DNA of 64,000 nt from an uncultured archaeon (GTDB taxonomy: Archaea > Asgardarchaeota > Thorarchaeia > Thorarchaeales > Thorarchaeaceae), in NCBI GenBank assembly GCA_964631415.1, contig CAZVZC010000006.1, positions 12,319 through 76,318 on the forward strand, given 5' to 3'. Below the pieces are notes generated by a model. It was not told the DNA's origin. It did not search any database and was given only the letters and a program-made list of their open reading frames with translations. This document shows, in pieces, positions 10,197 through 20,177 of the stretch. Both the position numbers and the translations under genes were made by a program. Position 1 is the stretch's first letter. Every line of letters starts with the position of its first letter.

Positions 10197-11152
10197 GCAA
10201 AGCTGCGGCAGCACTCGATTTGATTGACATTCACCTCGACTCCAGCGAGATGGAGGTTCTCCGGTACTTGTTGAAAGCCTCACGAGGCCCGCAGAGAGTC
10301 ACCTTCACTACCGTATATGACCAAGTCAAAAAGGCAAAGGTCAGACCTCCAACGAGAGCCTGGGTGTATGAGTGCCTCAGAAAGCTGGAAACAGACGGTT
10401 TCATATCTGTCGACAAGCTGCCTCGACCTTGCTCCTACATCGTGAGCAGCGAAACAATCGCGAACGGTCTGGAGCGCGCTTGGAAGAGCAGACTGGATTC
10501 GATAGAGAGTGAGATCGGACTACTGACTCGGACTAGTGCAGAGGACTTGGCCGCCTTCCTGTACAAGTCTGCAAACGGCAGCCCAATGCAGCAGAACACG
10601 AATGTTGCCAGAGGGGTCGAGAACGTCAGAAGGCTCATCAGATCCGAACTGCTGGACAGGAAACAGTGGAAGGCAGGCGACGAACTGAAGCTCATTCACA
10701 GACTGGACAACCTGATTGGCGCGAAGGGTCCCAGTGGTCCTGTGGACAAAGAGATAGTTGCTGCTGCCATGGATGGCCTCAATGTGCGTGTAGTGTTCAT
10801 ATTCTCAGATATCGCACTTGATGGTTTAGGTGATGTTGCTTCATTCATGCGTGACGAGGGCAGCCAGCTTGCGAGTCTGCTCATGAGTGGGCGTCTACAG
10901 ATCAGACTGTATCCTGAAGATGTGGCAACATACAGAATCGTCGCCCTGAACAGAAGCAAATTGGTGATGTTACTGACGAATGCATTCAGGCCCGACGCGG
11001 CTGTACTACTAGACCAGGCCGAGCAACCGGTCATAGTTGAGCATGCGATGCAGAGGTTTGACACGCTTTGGAACCAGTCGATAGACGCCAGAGAGCTTAT
11101 GGCAGCCATGTTTGCAAAGTCTGGTAATCCCAATGCGGGCAGTACCGGCTAG
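10193..11152 (+). CDS. wHTH + TrmB/PLD-like effector domain protein, paralogue 4
   Basis: TRAWVYECLRKLETDGFI...RPCSY; TYRIVALNR...EQPVIVEHAMQRFDTLW; GTGA overlap. Confidence 0.7.
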   Translation: MSKAAAALDLIDIHLDSSEMEVLRYLLKASRGPQRVTFTTVYDQVKKAKVRPPTRAWVYECLRKLETDGFISVDKLPRPCSYIVSSETIANGLERAWKSRLDSIESEIGLLTRTSAEDLAAFLYKSANGSPMQQNTNVARGVENVRRLIRSELLDRKQWKAGDELKLIHRLDNLIGAKGPSGPVDKEIVAAAMDGLNVRVVFIFSDIALDGLGDVASFMRDEGSQLASLLMSGRLQIRLYPEDVATYRIVALNRSKLVMLLTNAFRPDAAVLLDQAEQPVIVEHAMQRFDTLWNQSIDARELMAAMFAKSGNPNAGSTG

Positions 11153-11172
11153 ATCCATTCTCAAGCTGATAC

Positions 11173-12243
11173 CTAGCCTGATGCAACGACCCAGTCCTTG
11201 CTCTCTGTCAGTGTCGAGAACACGTCATCGCACACAGCCTGGAAGTCGTGATACGGCCCGTATTCACCGCCTGCCGCATACGCGTGTCCGCCGCCTTTGA
11301 AAAGCGCCGCGGCGGCATTACACAAGACGCTTTCCCGGCCACGCCGGAATCCCAGCATCCCGCCGGGACTCAAGGTTACAAAGAGGTCGGCCACGGGTAG
11401 TTGTCGGTCGGCAAGGTTGAGATTCTTCGTATCAGCGACGAATGTGCCTATGTCAGTCGTTGTCACTCCATTTGGCATCTCTACTATCCGGACCAGACGG
11501 CCGTGTATCTCCAAGTCGCAATGGGCGGCCAAGGCTTTTCGCATCTTCTTGAGCCGCTCCTTCCGATAGTTGTCTACCCTTTGATTGAGCAAGACATCAC
11601 GGAACTTCCTGCCACTCTCATCCCAGATGCCAGACAGTCCTGTTTCTGCTAGGCTCCTGAGGAGGGGCATCAGAGCCGCTGTTAGGTCATCTCCCTTGTC
11701 GAGTGCAGCGAATCTTGTCAAGGACAGTGCGTCAGTGAGTGCGCTTGCGGACTCTATCTCTCTAATGTTGAAATCAGTGTCGTGCGCAATCTTGGCCATC
11801 TCTGCACACACCTCGTCCCGCGGCAACAACACCTTGAATGCTATCTCAGCTCCGCAGTACTCGTGGTTGATCCGCAGCACAGGGCTGTTGGCAAGTGATA
11901 GTATGGATTTCACTGCCCTATCAGGCCATTCATGATGATCAAGCCATACTACCCTGCAACCCTGGGCTGTGGCCCTCCTTAGCGAACTGATAACTGTGTC
12001 AAGGGAGTTCCCATCAAGACCAAGGTCTGTGACTACAATGAGGGTGTTCTTGAAGCCGCCTACCTTTGGAAAGACAGCTTCGAATGAACCGTAATCAGTG
12101 AGTATCACGCTGTGTTTGAGGCCCTTGGACTTCGCATATCGCCACACGATAGCCGCAGAGATGAAACCGTCCGCATCCTTCTCGTGAGAAATCGAATATA
12201 GAGAGGTGATTTTGGTGCTTGGTGTCTCAGTCGGTTCGGTCAT
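11173..12243 (-). CDS. DHH/DHHA1 family phosphoesterase
   Basis: Motifs HEKDADG, VTDLG, WLDHH and GGGHAYAAG. Confidence 0.85.
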   Translation of the reverse strand: MTEPTETPSTKITSLYSISHEKDADGFISAAIVWRYAKSKGLKHSVILTDYGSFEAVFPKVGGFKNTLIVVTDLGLDGNSLDTVISSLRRATAQGCRVVWLDHHEWPDRAVKSILSLANSPVLRINHEYCGAEIAFKVLLPRDEVCAEMAKIAHDTDFNIREIESASALTDALSLTRFAALDKGDDLTAALMPLLRSLAETGLSGIWDESGRKFRDVLLNQRVDNYRKERLKKMRKALAAHCDLEIHGRLVRIVEMPNGVTTTDIGTFVADTKNLNLADRQLPVADLFVTLSPGGMLGFRRGRESVLCNAAAALFKGGGHAYAAGGEYGPYHDFQAVCDDVFSTLTESKDWVVASG

Positions 12244-12359
12244 TGCGCGTCATCTTGGGCGTGACTTCGGTCTTTTGACGCTTTTCCTAGTATCCAACAC
12301 TAGTCCTTTCGAAAACGTTTTCTCTGCACTCAGGCCCCTTCACAGAAGAGCTGGACCAT

Positions 12360-14231
12360 ATGGCGAACTCTCAATACTCTCTCATGAGCGGCAATGAGGC
12401 GATGGCAAGAGGAGCGATAGAGGCTGGCGTTGGATTTTGTGCTTCTTATCCGGGAACGCCCTCCACTGAGATCACGGAGAGCCTCATGCGAAGCGCTTCT
12501 GCTAGAGGAATCTATGTTGAGTGGAGCATCAATGAGAAGGTGGCCCTTGAGGCAGCCTCTGCAGCCAGCTGGGTGGGAATCCCCGCTCTCTGCCCCGTGA
12601 AATCACTCGGTCTGAATGTCGCAGCGGATTTCCTCCTGAATCTCAACCTGTCTGGCAGCGGGACGGGTGGGTTGGTCATCGTGGTTTGCGATGACCCGGA
12701 AGGACACAGCTCAAGCAACGAACAGGACTCAAGGTTCTATGCGAAAGCGGCCATGCTACCGATGCTGGAGCCCTCCAGCGGTCAGGAGGCAAAGGAAACG
12801 ATTCTCTATGCCTTCGACCTTTCTAGAAGGCACGAAGTGCCTGTGATTGTACGAAGCACAACGAGGCTGAGTCACTCTAGCAGTCTGGTGAGTGTCGGGT
12901 CGTTGCCACGAACAACGCCGGTGGCTTTGTCCTCTTTTCCCAGAGGCCTCTTCAACGTGCCGCAGCCGGCCATGAAGCACAGGGAGCTGCTAAGCAAGAT
13001 GCGGCTCATAGAGGCTGAGTTCGAGCAGTCCAGCTTGAACAAGCTGAATGTAGGCCCTGACATCAAGACCCTCTTGATATCCTCCGGTATCTGCCAGAGG
13101 TACTCCGAGGAGGCACTGGCACTTGTCAACATCGAGAACACGGGAAGCCTAGGCCTTGTCACAACAAGCCCAATCCCCACTGGGTTGATTCAGAATGCCA
13201 TGGCGGGGGTGGAGAAGGTGCTCTTTGTAGAGGAGACAGACCCGTTCTTGGAGGATGAGATACGCTCCCTCTCTGCGGACCTCCCAATGCCCGGTCGGCC
13301 CCGTTTCTATGGAAAGCGCACGAAAACCCTCCCTGCTTGGGGTGAGATGAGTGTGGATCGTGTTGTGGAAGCTCTGTCGGCAGTTCTTGGGGTTCCACAC
13401 GAGAAGGAACTACAACCAGCTCAAGATGCCCGCGTCAGAGGGGCCAAGCTGCTCATCCCAAGGCCGCTGACATTCTGCGCAGGCTGTACTCACAGGAACG
13501 TGTACTGGGCATTGCGGCAGGAGAAGAAGAGAAGAGGCGGCCGGCTTGTCGTTGCTGGAGACATTGGCTGCTACTCGATGGGCGTCTTCTATGACGAGGC
13601 CATGAATACGATGCAGGCCATGGGCTCCGGCATCGGTACCGCATGTGGACTCGGGCAACTTGGCAGGTTCGGTTTCGAGTCTGCCGTCGTGGCTGTGGCA
13701 GGCGACTCCACATTCTTCCATGCCTGCTTGCCAGCTCTCGTGAATGCACGACACAAGAATGCGAACCTCACCTTCCTGATACTTGACAATGAAACGACTG
13801 CAATGACCGGATTTCAGCCCCATCCCGGTTCTGCTATACAGGACAAGGGCCAACGGCGCATCAGCATTCCGGACCTGGTTCAAGCAATCGGTCCGGATTA
13901 CATGACGACGAGGGACTCTGTCGAGATAGACCCGCTCGTCGAACTCATTCATACCGCTGTCGCAAAAGATGGCCTCAAGGTCCTCATCCTGAAGGGCGTG
14001 TGTCGGCTGGAGCAACAGCGGCGCGGTTTCCTCCACGATGATCTACATAGAGTGAGCGTGGATCCGGCTCTCTGTCGTGGTGAGAAGTGTGAGATATGCT
14101 TCAACCAGTTCGGCTGCACTGCTATTGGCTGGCTCCCCAAAGAGAAACGAGCCACAATCCTTGATGAAGTATGTGTGCGTTGCGGCTCATGCATCGGAGT
14201 GTGTCCCCATAAGGCCATTCATCGGGAGTGA
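12360..14231 (+). CDS. iorA: Indolepyruvate:ferredoxin oxidoreductase alpha subunit
   Basis: GNEAMARGA, YPGTPSTEI, NEKVALE, SSNEQDSR, FCAGCTH, GDIGCY, GDSTFFH and a C-terminal ferredoxin CVRCGSCIGVCP. Confidence 0.93.
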   Translation: MANSQYSLMSGNEAMARGAIEAGVGFCASYPGTPSTEITESLMRSASARGIYVEWSINEKVALEAASAASWVGIPALCPVKSLGLNVAADFLLNLNLSGSGTGGLVIVVCDDPEGHSSSNEQDSRFYAKAAMLPMLEPSSGQEAKETILYAFDLSRRHEVPVIVRSTTRLSHSSSLVSVGSLPRTTPVALSSFPRGLFNVPQPAMKHRELLSKMRLIEAEFEQSSLNKLNVGPDIKTLLISSGICQRYSEEALALVNIENTGSLGLVTTSPIPTGLIQNAMAGVEKVLFVEETDPFLEDEIRSLSADLPMPGRPRFYGKRTKTLPAWGEMSVDRVVEALSAVLGVPHEKELQPAQDARVRGAKLLIPRPLTFCAGCTHRNVYWALRQEKKRRGGRLVVAGDIGCYSMGVFYDEAMNTMQAMGSGIGTACGLGQLGRFGFESAVVAVAGDSTFFHACLPALVNARHKNANLTFLILDNETTAMTGFQPHPGSAIQDKGQRRISIPDLVQAIGPDYMTTRDSVEIDPLVELIHTAVAKDGLKVLILKGVCRLEQQRRGFLHDDLHRVSVDPALCRGEKCEICFNQFGCTAIGWLPKEKRATILDEVCVRCGSCIGVCPHKAIHRE

Positions 14232-14857
14232 TTCATTTGGATAGACCATACAATGTGCTCATTGCAGGGGTAGGAGGACAAGGAAACCTACTATGCGGAA
14301 GGGTCCTGGCTGAGGCCGCCATCTCGGAGGGATACAGGCCCACTATTGGCGAAACCTTTGGAGCCTCGCGCAGGGGCGGAACAGTGGTCACACACGTGCG
14401 CCTTGGAAACCGAGACCTAGGCCCCCTGATTCCTCGTGGCACAGTCGATATGTTGATTGGTCTTGAACCGATGGAATCCCTTCGTGCGGCAGTGGACTAC
14501 TGTGAAGACCGCGCCGTCGCAGTTGTGAGTACTGCCGAAGTGCAAACAATGCAGTGCATAGCGGGAGCAACGAAGTACCCGTCGTTGGCAGGCATATTGG
14601 ATGTCATGTCCTCAATCTGTGCAAGCGTTTCCTCTGTAGATCCTGTTGCAGTCCTCGGTGAAACCGGGTACAGACGCGTCCTGAACTCCTTCATGTTGGG
14701 AGCGGCACTCGCCTCTGGCATAGCAACTCTCACGGCAAACCGTGTTAGAGATACGCTGACCGGGCTCATGCAACCTGTGGACCCCAATGTAGCTGCATTC
14801 GATGCAGGGCTCAAAGCCTCCGCCAAAGTGCGAGCCCGAGATCTCAGAGCACATTAG
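14228..14857 (+). CDS. iorB: Indolepyruvate:ferredoxin oxidoreductase beta subunit
   Basis: GVGGQG, GASRRGGTVVTHVR, LEPMESLR; coupled to iorA by a GTGA overlap. Confidence 0.9.
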   Translation: MIHLDRPYNVLIAGVGGQGNLLCGRVLAEAAISEGYRPTIGETFGASRRGGTVVTHVRLGNRDLGPLIPRGTVDMLIGLEPMESLRAAVDYCEDRAVAVVSTAEVQTMQCIAGATKYPSLAGILDVMSSICASVSSVDPVAVLGETGYRRVLNSFMLGAALASGIATLTANRVRDTLTGLMQPVDPNVAAFDAGLKASAKVRARDLRAH

Positions 14858-17163
14858 ACACCATGTTTCTTGGTGTCAGCGGTCTTCTTGGCCTCGTTCC
14901 ACATGAGCTCGGCCAGAATCGTGAACATGTCCGCCACACCCTCGCCTGTCTTTGCACTGCTTTCCATGTAGACAAAACCCTGTGACTCGGCCCATTGCTT
15001 GGCCTCTTCACTACTGACCGCCCTGTCGGGCAAGTCTATCTTGTTGCCCACGCATACCATGGGTACGCGGCCACCTATTGACTCATCCGACTCCTCTAGC
15101 CACTTGACTAGCTCGCTGAAGGAACGCCGGCGGGTGACATCGAACACCAGTATGACTCCTGCGGCTCCACTGTAGTACATCTTGCGTACTGCTTTGAAAC
15201 GAGCTTGGCCGGCAACATCCCACGCTTGTATCTTGATGCCTGTAGCGTATTGTGACTCTGGCGGCGAGATGTGCGTGAGCTTGACTGCGAACTGTGACCC
15301 TATCGTGGTCTTGTAGTCCTTCTCGAATTGACCAGTCGTGAATCTGTTGACGAGAGCCGTCTTTCCCACTGCACCCTCGCCTATCACCATGGTCTTGAAC
15401 AGGTAGCTGTATGAGTCTGAGGGTGTACCGGGCTTAGGGGCCTTGGGTTTCCGTGCACGGATCTCGGCTACAATGGCGCTCTCGACTGACACAACCGCTC
15501 GTGCAGGGACCTCCACAGCAGGCTCCTCTTCCTCAGGGAGCTCGGCCAGTGCAGCAACGTCTATGCTAGTCACTTCGGTCGTTTCGCTGAAGAGCCTGTC
15601 GAGCAGTTTCTCTGCCTCACGCAATGACGCCGCTGTGCCTTCTGTCATCTCCGGTTCTTCATCGGGCGATGTGATTGTTTCTTCCGTTGAAACCCTGCCA
15701 AAGCCCGTGCCGACAGTTTCTCCAAAGAGTGTGCCTGTTTCCTCCTCAGGAACTTCGGCCTCTTTTTGTGGGGTAAGCACAACAGGGGCTACGGCTGATG
15801 CTGCTGCCGTCACGGATCCCTTCTCAACCATTACCGCGGTTTCAGGAGTGGTTACCTGCCGCACCCGGCCGTCGGAATCTGTCCACATGAGCACTATCGG
15901 TCTCACGATTACCGAGCCCTCGGCCTTTGGCATTAGCTGAAGCTCAACAGTCTTAGTTTCAAAGGGTCCGAGGTCGAAGCGCACCTGTTGCGGAGTTACA
16001 TCCATGTCCGCCTTGGGAAACCAGTAGACCTTCCCACTAACACTACTGACAGGCTTGTCTGTCACGTTGGTCAGTGTGACGCGACCTGCCAACCCAGTAC
16101 CAGTTTTTGCCTGAGGACTCACTTCGAACTTGGGTATGACCGTATACAATCCTTGGATGACCTTGAGTGGACCATTGGATATACCGACGAGAACCTCCTT
16201 CCTTCCGTCGCCTCCCGCATCTCCGGCACTGATAGTGAGTATCTTGGTCCCAATGTCTACCTTTGCTATCTGTTGCAGTTCAGCTGCCTGGATATTGTAG
16301 AAGACAACATTGGCGTCGGAGGTGGCGACTACGGCCTCATCCATATGGTCGGCATTCAGCTCCTCAATCCTCAGAGAGAGAGCTTTGACTTTGTCCAGCA
16401 TCGTGAATAGCTCGAGATGGCTCTCTTCGTTGCGATATACTCGTATTGACCCGTCGTAGGTCACGACGCCCAGTTCCATCTTGCGATCTCCGAGCAGATC
16501 ACCAGAGGCGACAGAAACTACAGGGCTCGGCAGGTTGAGTACCTCCATCTGCTCGATTGTATGATCCTTCACTTTGAAGACTCTGACCGTCTTGTCTCTG
16601 TTGCCCGTGACGATTTCATCTATCTCATCACCATCGACGTCGCATGTCCCTATCGTTATGGGCATGTCATCGAGCCGATAGCGCGCATACTCTGACAGGT
16701 TGTTCAAAGTATCCATCTCAAATACCCTGAGAGTTGAGTCGCTGCCACCCACCATGATCTCATTCTTGTCGTCACCAGTCACATCAGTGACTCTGACGGT
16801 CGTCACGAATCGGTCGACAGGATGTTCTGCCAATAGCTCGAGACTCCCGCTGGATGAGAACCTGTAGACCTGCAGGGTACCAGCAATCCCCGCTACATCC
16901 CGGGGACCTATGCTCCGGCCGACCACTATTTCGTTCTGTCCATCGTTATTGGCGTCAGCAATCTCAATAGATAGAATGCTTCCTTCGACGTCAAGTTGAG
17001 CCAGAAACTGAATCTCGCTCTTGTTAGCATCATAGACACGCAGCACTCCGTCACGCCCACCTGTACAGAGCTCGGACTTCCCCGTACCTACAACATCACC
17101 TACGGCGATTGCACTGGTGCTCTTGTCTTCCTTTATCTCGAAGAGAACTCTTGGTGAATCCAA
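14854..17163 (-). CDS. FG-GAP beta-propeller + Ig-like domain + acidic linker + Rab-like small GTPase fusion protein
   Basis: Seven DxxGDGxxE-type blades (GDVVGTGKSE, ADANNDGQNE, DVTGDDKNE, DVDGDEIDE, GDLLGDRKME, ELNADHMDE, GDAGGDGRKE); C-terminal GEGAVGKT, TIG, WDVAGQ, NKID, ESSAK. Confidence 0.9.
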   Translation of the reverse strand: MDSPRVLFEIKEDKSTSAIAVGDVVGTGKSELCTGGRDGVLRVYDANKSEIQFLAQLDVEGSILSIEIADANNDGQNEIVVGRSIGPRDVAGIAGTLQVYRFSSSGSLELLAEHPVDRFVTTVRVTDVTGDDKNEIMVGGSDSTLRVFEMDTLNNLSEYARYRLDDMPITIGTCDVDGDEIDEIVTGNRDKTVRVFKVKDHTIEQMEVLNLPSPVVSVASGDLLGDRKMELGVVTYDGSIRVYRNEESHLELFTMLDKVKALSLRIEELNADHMDEAVVATSDANVVFYNIQAAELQQIAKVDIGTKILTISAGDAGGDGRKEVLVGISNGPLKVIQGLYTVIPKFEVSPQAKTGTGLAGRVTLTNVTDKPVSSVSGKVYWFPKADMDVTPQQVRFDLGPFETKTVELQLMPKAEGSVIVRPIVLMWTDSDGRVRQVTTPETAVMVEKGSVTAAASAVAPVVLTPQKEAEVPEEETGTLFGETVGTGFGRVSTEETITSPDEEPEMTEGTAASLREAEKLLDRLFSETTEVTSIDVAALAELPEEEEPAVEVPARAVVSVESAIVAEIRARKPKAPKPGTPSDSYSYLFKTMVIGEGAVGKTALVNRFTTGQFEKDYKTTIGSQFAVKLTHISPPESQYATGIKIQAWDVAGQARFKAVRKMYYSGAAGVILVFDVTRRRSFSELVKWLEESDESIGGRVPMVCVGNKIDLPDRAVSSEEAKQWAESQGFVYMESSAKTGEGVADMFTILAELMWNEAKKTADTKKHGV

Positions 17164-17337
17164 CTTGTGTTACCTTCCGTGCTCTGTCAGTTACACTCCG
17201 CAGGTCTGGACTACTTTCGATGAGCTCAGAAGCAAACTGCGTCAATTGCACCTTCGAGGTGAGGTGGCCTTTTCTACTTTGTGCGCTTTAAGTCCACTAG
17301 GGCGGAACAAGCCCAATCAGACACTATTTAACGGAAC

Positions 17338-18144
17338 ATGCTGATGCCCTGCGCGGCGACGAAGGTGCCCAAACTCTCAGTCCAGAACCTAGTCAAGTCC
17401 TACGTCAACGACAACCTTGAGGAAACTAGGGTACTAGACGGCATCTCCTTTGATGTTCAGGAGAGAGAGTTCCTCAGTATTCTTGGCCCGTCAGGTTGCG
17501 GCAAGACCACGCTATTGAAGATAATATCTGGGCTTCTTGAGGCAGACAGTGGCCAAGTGATCATTGATGGACATCCCGCAGGACCTGGCCACCACCGCGT
17601 CGGTTTCATGTTTCAGCAGGAAAGCCTGTTCCCATGGAGAACCGTTAGGAAGAATATCGAGTTTGGTCTTGAGGTGAAGGGCGTGCCTACCGAAGAGAGG
17701 AGAAAACTCTCTGACAGGATGATTGCACTTGTTGGTATGAGGGGCCTAGAGGACAACCTGCCACATGAGATATCCGGGGGACAGGCAAGGAAAACTGAGA
17801 TGGCTCGCAGTCTTGTGACATCTCCAGACGTCCTGGTTTCGGACGAGGGCTTCTCCAATCTTGATGCGCAGACGAGGAACTACCTTCAGGAGGAGTTCCT
17901 CAGGATATGGCAGGAAACTGGGTCCACAGTTATCTTCGTGTCGCATAACGTCGATGAAGCGGTCTTCATGTCAGACAGGATAATCATGCTGAGCAATGCG
18001 CCTGCGCGAATAATAGCAGAGTATGTCATCGACCTTCCAAGGCCCCGAGACCGGACATCACCTGCGTGCTCCTCGTACCGAGCGAAGATACTTGAACTCC
18101 TCAAAGTGGAACAGGAGAAGGCAATGAGAATCAGGTATAGCTAG
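17338..18144 (+). CDS. ABC transporter ATP-binding protein (NitT/TauT/SsuB type)
   Basis: Walker A GPSGCGKT, signature ISGGQ, Walker B VSDEG, HNVDEAVFMSDR. Confidence 0.9.
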   Translation: MLMPCAATKVPKLSVQNLVKSYVNDNLEETRVLDGISFDVQEREFLSILGPSGCGKTTLLKIISGLLEADSGQVIIDGHPAGPGHHRVGFMFQQESLFPWRTVRKNIEFGLEVKGVPTEERRKLSDRMIALVGMRGLEDNLPHEISGGQARKTEMARSLVTSPDVLVSDEGFSNLDAQTRNYLQEEFLRIWQETGSTVIFVSHNVDEAVFMSDRIIMLSNAPARIIAEYVIDLPRPRDRTSPACSSYRAKILELLKVEQEKAMRIRYS

Positions 18145-18995
18145 ACAGCCACTTCTCTGCGCCACCTGAGCAGCTTCCTCTCGGCTCGTAGAAACACATA
18201 GCTGATCAGGAACCCAATGGCACCAATCACAAGCATCGCTGATATCGTTTCGCCTGTCCTGCCCGTCTGCTGCGTGATGGTGACGAGGTATCCCAAGCCT
18301 ATTGCACTACCAAACATCTCTGCGGCCACCAAGCACATCCAACCGATCCCGAAGCCGATTCGAAGACCTGCAAGTGTTTCAGGAGCGGCTGACGGGAGGA
18401 CAATCTTCGACAGAATCTGGAGTTCAGACGTACCGAAAGTGCTTGCCACATCGAGATGGACAGTACTCGTTCTCTTCACACCGGCTGTCGTGTTGATGAG
18501 TATTGGGAAGAATGCGCCCAGCCAAATGATGAAGACCTGCGCTCCAATCATGTTTGACCGGAAAAGCAGGATTGACAAGGGAATCCAGGCGATTGGGGGC
18601 AATGGACGGAAGGCCTCAACGACGGGCCCCATGATCATGCTCGCTAGCCGGTATCTGCCGATCGCTACGCCGAGAGGAATCGCAGTGGCCGAGGCGATTG
18701 TGAACCCGAGAGTCACACGCACCATGCTCATCGCTGTGTGCTGCCCGAGAGTGGTCCCGTCGGTATCGCCTTCGACAACGAGCTTCACAAAGGAGCGCGC
18801 AATGTCAGGTAGGCCGATTCCTTGCGCGAAGTACGCTATGAGTTGCCATATGACGAGCAGAATCGCCAAAGGGACTACTGCCTTCAGAAGTATATCGACT
18901 GGACTGGATCCTTGCCACTTGGCTTTCCTCTGACGAGCCTGAGAAACGGCTTTCATCTCCACATGTTCTTCGGTTGAGCCCGACATCGTATTCAT
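18141..18995 (-). CDS. ABC transporter permease (NitT/TauT/SsuC type)
   Basis: Multiple TM helices; RPLPPIAWIP, EAA-like region DVASTFG, LVAAEM. Confidence 0.9.
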   Translation of the reverse strand: MNTMSGSTEEHVEMKAVSQARQRKAKWQGSSPVDILLKAVVPLAILLVIWQLIAYFAQGIGLPDIARSFVKLVVEGDTDGTTLGQHTAMSMVRVTLGFTIASATAIPLGVAIGRYRLASMIMGPVVEAFRPLPPIAWIPLSILLFRSNMIGAQVFIIWLGAFFPILINTTAGVKRTSTVHLDVASTFGTSELQILSKIVLPSAAPETLAGLRIGFGIGWMCLVAAEMFGSAIGLGYLVTITQQTGRTGETISAMLVIGAIGFLISYVFLRAERKLLRWRREVAV

Positions 18996-19046
18996 GCGGA
19001 TGTTCTACTGACTGCCTTTTGTTTCTGCCGTTCATATGCCCTTCAA

Positions 19047-20030
19047 TCACGGTGAGTTCTCTATGAATGTGGCATTGATGAAATCGTCCAGATACGGGTC
19101 GATTTCACTCGGATTCATCGTGACTTGTTCCTGGGCGATAAGGAACGTCAGGAACACCTCAACAGCTGTACGATTCAGGTTGTAGTCGTACACGATGCGG
19201 TTGAAGGCGTTCTCCACGGGTGTGGAATTCACTCCCAACCACTGAGTAGCAATGCTAATCGCTTCAGCCGGGTTTGCTACAATCCACTCTTCTGCTCTCT
19301 TGTGGATGTCGACTACCTTCTGCACGACATCGGGATGCCTGCTGACGAAACTATCCGACGACGCCAGCACGCAGCAAGGATGGCCGGGCCATATGTCGTG
19401 GGATAGTGCTATGGGAACCGCAAGGTTGTCGTACTCAGCCAGTGCAGGGAACGGTTCCCACGCAATGAATGCAGGGGCTTCTGGGGTGAGCGATATTGCC
19501 ATGTTCTGTGGTGCTGCCGCCACGGGCGTGATATCCGAATATGAAAGCCCAGACTGGTTGAGAGCGAGCCGAAGCAGGAAGTTCTGAACGCTCGATGGAC
19601 CGGGGTGGAAGACGGTCTTGTTGACAAGGCCCGTGACGTTGACGATTCTGCCAGCGTCATATTCTCCCTTGAGCACCATTATTGATGACCCTTCAAGATT
19701 CGCAGTTGCCAGCACACTCACGGATATGTTCTGGTTGATGCTCTTGGTGAGGGCAGGAGCTACACCCAGATAGCCCATGTCTATCTGTCCTGCCAAGAAA
19801 CCATCCATCTCGTAGGCCCCGTTCTGGTACTGCAGCAACTCAACTGTGAGACCTGCTTCCGTGAACCAGCCCTTCACATACGCAATTCTCAGAGCCAGTT
19901 GATGAAGATCTTGGGCCAAGTATCCGATTCTGACATCCGGCGGTGCAGGGGCGAACCAAACCATAACGGCTACTCCAGAGGCAACCACGATGACTACCAC
20001 GGCTGCTGCAGCTATCTTCTTTCTTTCCAT
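19047..20030 (-). CDS. ABC transporter substrate-binding protein (NMT1/SsuA-like)
   Basis: N-terminal membrane anchor after probable ATG 20030; VRIGYL, GQIDMGYLG, AWEPF, HPCCVL. Confidence 0.85.
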   Translation of the reverse strand: MERKKIAAAAVVVIVVASGVAVMVWFAPAPPDVRIGYLAQDLHQLALRIAYVKGWFTEAGLTVELLQYQNGAYEMDGFLAGQIDMGYLGVAPALTKSINQNISVSVLATANLEGSSIMVLKGEYDAGRIVNVTGLVNKTVFHPGPSSVQNFLLRLALNQSGLSYSDITPVAAAPQNMAISLTPEAPAFIAWEPFPALAEYDNLAVPIALSHDIWPGHPCCVLASSDSFVSRHPDVVQKVVDIHKRAEEWIVANPAEAISIATQWLGVNSTPVENAFNRIVYDYNLNRTAVEVFLTFLIAQEQVTMNPSEIDPYLDDFINATFIENSP

Positions 20031-20177
20031 GTCCTTGTTCCTGCCAGATGCAATCAAGACTTCGTAGCCCGTGTTGAGTGGCACTGATTGTGAAATGACG
20101 AAGCCACATATTAAGAATGACTTAGAGGCGACTCGGAACAGCAGGGATATTAGACAGGCCTCATTGCCATATCAACC

